A stretch of DNA of 6,071 bases from a virus: the IMG/VR virus record IMGVR_UViG_3300020030_000057, positions 1 through 6,071 of that record; one strand, 5' to 3'. Position 1 is the stretch's first letter; each line of letters begins with the position of its first letter. This document shows, piece by piece, positions 3,805 to 6,071 of the stretch. Both the position numbers and the translations under genes were made by a program. The notes beneath the pieces were generated by a model, which saw only the letters and a list, made by a program, of their open reading frames with translations, did no database searches and had not been told where the DNA came from.

Positions 3805-5604
3805 TTAACGATTAGACAAACGGGTTGCAAAGGTTTTATTAATCAGGTTCTTCTTTTGAACCGAATAAGATATATTTATGAAGAAATTATCTTCTACGTT
3901 AGAAGCAAAGGGGGAATTAACCTGAGCAATATCCACAAAAAGCGCAGGATAATAGTTAGTTGCAGCAGAGCCTACGAACGAAAAGCCGAGAGAGCGCTGC
4001 TGTACCCAATACGAATAGATCGGCCTCGGGGTACCCAACACGGGAGAAGGATATGAAGACAAAGAGCCTAATACCTCATCATAGGACGACCGAAACTCGT
4101 TAAAGCAAGGTTCATAAGCGACAGCAAGGCCAAGATTTGAGCCCGAAGCATTGCTAAAAAGCCGAGCCGCGGGAACGTCCTGATAACCTATATCGTTATA
4201 AATAGGGTTAAAATAATCAGAACCTTGGTAGTTCAAATAGTCAGGCGTAATACCACTCCAGAAATAAACAGGGCGAATGCTCAACATGTCTATCATATAA
4301 CCAGGTTCACGAAAATAGTAAGACTGGCGACGACCAAGGCGATCGTTGAAGGCGATAGCGCCACCCTGCTGCCCAAGAGGACCGTTGACGCTCGGACCGC
4401 CAAAATTATTCTGTCCAGCTTGATTCATAACAATCTGTACATTAACAGTCTGCGAAGCACTGAAAAGGAGTTTAGGACGGTCCACATGTTCAATCTTGGA
4501 AGCAAAAAATGTCTCCAACCAATCACTATAACGGTTGCCTCCAGCGCCAAGAAGATCCTTGTATTCCTGAAGACGAGAAGCAATAGCTAACTGCGGAATA
4601 GTGTTTACACCCGTCATGGAAACAGCAGACGAAGAACCTACGGGAATAAGACGACTAAATCGATCAGGATTCGAAGGCACAACGGCCATAGGATGCGCAA
4701 ACAAAAAAGCGGAAATGGAAGTAACGGAATTGGCTCCCACTTCCGTAGAAAACTGACCGGCGGGGCCGTCTCCATCAAGAATATTAGCGCCAGAGGGAAG
4801 CGTAGTAGAGACGGGATAACCATTTTGATCGCCACCAGCCTGAAGCTGAGAGCCGATTATTTGAAAGAACAAATTGCCTCTATTAAAGGTGTTATTCGTG
4901 CTCGAAACAGCCGACGGATAAAACTGACTTTCAAAATAAGCATCAAGGAACTCTAAATTGGCGTACTCCTGCTTGAAAAAGGTAGACTCGGAGGCAAAAG
5001 AATAGGAATCGGCCAAAATCGACCAACTGGCAGGCCATGCGATCGAATACAAACCCCACTGCGAGTAGCTATAATAATTTCGGACGATATCCCAATAAGC
5101 TAAATAAGAATCAGCATTCGCCCACTGATTAACCGAAGCGCCAGAAGGAAGGCTTGCGGTATAAGGAGGTTGATTTGCCAACTGCAGCGAAGTCTTGTTG
5201 GAAACACGAAGCCAAGACATAAGCGAATTAGGATAAGCGCGAGTGGCGCCAAGAGCGGAATTGGGGGTGGTGGTCCCGGAAGTACCGACAAGAGCCGTAA
5301 TCCAATTCAAACTCAAATCGTTCATATCAAACTTACTGCTGTTTGTTCTCAGCTCGGGGTGGTACAGCTGAAGCGGCACCCAAAAACGATGAAGCCGAAT
5401 GGTATAAGGATTGAACGTAGGAACAGCGAGCGGGTTACTACGAACATCGATGCCTTGCTCGATAGATACACGATCTCGACTGTTAATAAAATCAATCCGC
5501 ACCGGATACAAAATACCCGGCGTGCACGTAAAGGCCTTACTCTCAGGAACATCGTAACGAGAATAACCGTTTACGGCGTGAGAAATGAAAGGTTGTTTTC
5601 CCAT
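3805..5604 (-). CDS. VP1: Major capsid protein (Microviridae VP1 / F-protein family), 599 aa
   Basis: Track ORF and the largest gene. The N-terminal block ...SKAFTCTPGILYPVRIDFINSRDRVSIEQGIDVRSNPLAVPTFNPYTIRLHRFWVPLQLYHPEL aligns by eye with the conserved microvirus VP1 start (F...G.L.P......D...; ...FFVP.R.L). It is rich in aromatic residues and Pro, and the C-terminus is typical of the family. The ATG is 3 nt after the Rep stop. Confidence 0.93.
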   Translation of the reverse strand: MGKQPFISHAVNGYSRYDVPESKAFTCTPGILYPVRIDFINSRDRVSIEQGIDVRSNPLAVPTFNPYTIRLHRFWVPLQLYHPELRTNSSKFDMNDLSLNWITALVGTSGTTTPNSALGATRAYPNSLMSWLRVSNKTSLQLANQPPYTASLPSGASVNQWANADSYLAYWDIVRNYYSYSQWGLYSIAWPASWSILADSYSFASESTFFKQEYANLEFLDAYFESQFYPSAVSSTNNTFNRGNLFFQIIGSQLQAGGDQNGYPVSTTLPSGANILDGDGPAGQFSTEVGANSVTSISAFLFAHPMAVVPSNPDRFSRLIPVGSSSAVSMTGVNTIPQLAIASRLQEYKDLLGAGGNRYSDWLETFFASKIEHVDRPKLLFSASQTVNVQIVMNQAGQNNFGGPSVNGPLGQQGGAIAFNDRLGRRQSYYFREPGYMIDMLSIRPVYFWSGITPDYLNYQGSDYFNPIYNDIGYQDVPAARLFSNASGSNLGLAVAYEPCFNEFRSSYDEVLGSLSSYPSPVLGTPRPIYSYWVQQRSLGFSFVGSAATNYYPALFVDIAQVNSPFASNVEDNFFINISYSVQKKNLINKTFATRLSNR

Positions 5605-5607
5605 AAA

Positions 5608-6071
5608 TTAAATGTTTAGTTGAAGTTTATAATGATCTCTCCAAAATCGGAGAATATCTAAATCTAACCAAGTGGGAGGATCAAAGTCGGGCATCTTGCG
5701 AGAAGAGGCGGAAAAACGCATTATTTGCTTTTGCTCCCACGTATACGACGCTCTACGGGATACGGAGGAATCGAGGGCGAACCGCTTAACGCACAGAGAC
5801 ACAATACGTCTAACCAGAGGAGACTTGCTAAAACGTGCATAAGAGTCAGCAGCGGCAATCGAGCGAGCAACCTCGTCTTCTGGTTTGAGATATCTAAGGT
5901 AATAACGAGGAATCGCGTAGCTATAATTAATACGCCTCTCAAGATCAAAATAAGACCACGACGAAGTACGGGCAGAAGGGCGAGGCATATAACCAAGAAA
6001 ATCACCAACGCCAGCAGATACGAATTTTCGCGTATAACGGCGATGTTGGAGGAGGCAAGATAAAGGTGTAA
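5608..6071 (-). CDS. VP4: Replication initiation protein VP4, 3' part (5951-6071 duplicates 1-121); stop TAA at 5608-5610
   Basis: The track ORF 5608..5988 (MPRPSARTSSWSYFDLERRINYSY...) is in the same frame as the 1-728 segment once 5950 is joined to 1 (codon phase checked: 5950 mod 3 = 1). Joined gene: 728 + 343 = 1071 nt = 356 aa plus stop. The stop lies 3 nt before the VP1 ATG. Confidence 0.9.
   Translation of the reverse strand, partial: TPLSCLLQHRRYTRKFVSAGVGDFLGYMPRPSARTSSWSYFDLERRINYSYAIPRYYLRYLKPEDEVARSIAAADSYARFSKSPLVRRIVSLCVKRFALDSSVSRRASYTWEQKQIMRFSASSRKMPDFDPPTWLDLDILRFWRDHYKLQLNI
5951..6071. repeat. Terminal direct repeat, right copy (identical to 1-121)
   Basis: Same 121-nt string as 1-121. 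It starts right after ...aagatcaaaa (5941-5950) and runs to the last base of the window. Confidence 0.95.

Noticed and set aside
4401-4434. A third exact -7 box match (TAATTTTG, minus strand 4408-4401) inside VP1, considered as an internal promoter.
   Set aside because: It lies in the middle of coding sequence, has no TTTG at the proper -33 spacing (only ATTG at 22 nt), and no gene start downstream. About one such match is expected by chance.
5349-5552. ORFs embedded out of frame within VP1 and VP2 on the minus strand (5349..5552, 5100..5291, 4638..4835, 2314..2511, 1918..2133, 3480..3671), considered as phiX174 E-style overprinted genes.
   Set aside because: There is nothing beyond an open frame. 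Their Leu/Arg/Pro/Phe-rich composition is what off-frame reading of an NNT-biased gene produces. A better lysis candidate exists at 3171..3473. Testing them would need comparative or ribosome-profiling data.
216-6063. Plus-strand ORFs 216..533, 767..1177, 1318..1512, 2102..2545, 2621..2882, 3856..4056, 4225..4590, 4693..4956, 5170..5619 and 5725..6063.
   Set aside because: All are antisense to well-supported minus-strand genes, have odd composition (Arg/Ser/Ile/Asn-rich) and no recognisable motifs. Microviridae transcribe a single strand. They are shadow ORFs.

Overview
The window is a complete, circularly permuted genome of a small ssDNA phage of the family Microviridae. It is given as the reverse complement of the coding (virion-sense) strand. 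Bases 1-121 are identical to 5951-6071, so the unit genome is 5,950 nt; duplicated ends like this are the signature of a circular contig. All credible genes lie on the minus strand and are tightly packed (gaps of 1-22 nt, apart from three longer spacers). In virion-sense order they are:
- replication initiator VP4/Rep, cut by the linearisation point and so missing from the ORF track; 356 aa when rejoined, with HUH and Tyr motifs
- major capsid protein VP1 (599 aa)
- a 98-aa acidic protein
- a small membrane/lipoprotein-like protein
- pilot/minor capsid protein VP2 (418 aa)
- two unknown proteins (105 and 107 aa)
- a possible overlapping 24-aa highly basic peptide
- a possible 66-aa ORF whose stop overlaps the Rep start (TAATG)

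Non-coding signals:
- a textbook intrinsic terminator (11-bp GC stem plus T9) at 1094-1127
- two Bacteroides-type promoter matches (TTTG/TTG-N19-21-TAnnTTTG), each 22-26 nt upstream of a start codon
- no Shine-Dalgarno sequence before any gene
- a hairpin-rich spacer between the terminator and Rep

The promoter matches and missing Shine-Dalgarno sequences suggest a Bacteroidota host; this is inference. I see no CRISPR array, tRNA/rRNA, transposon or recognisable defence system. The unexplained biology is in the small accessory ORFs and the structured spacers. Only VP1, VP2 and VP4 are recognised from sequence motifs; every other function is hypothesis.
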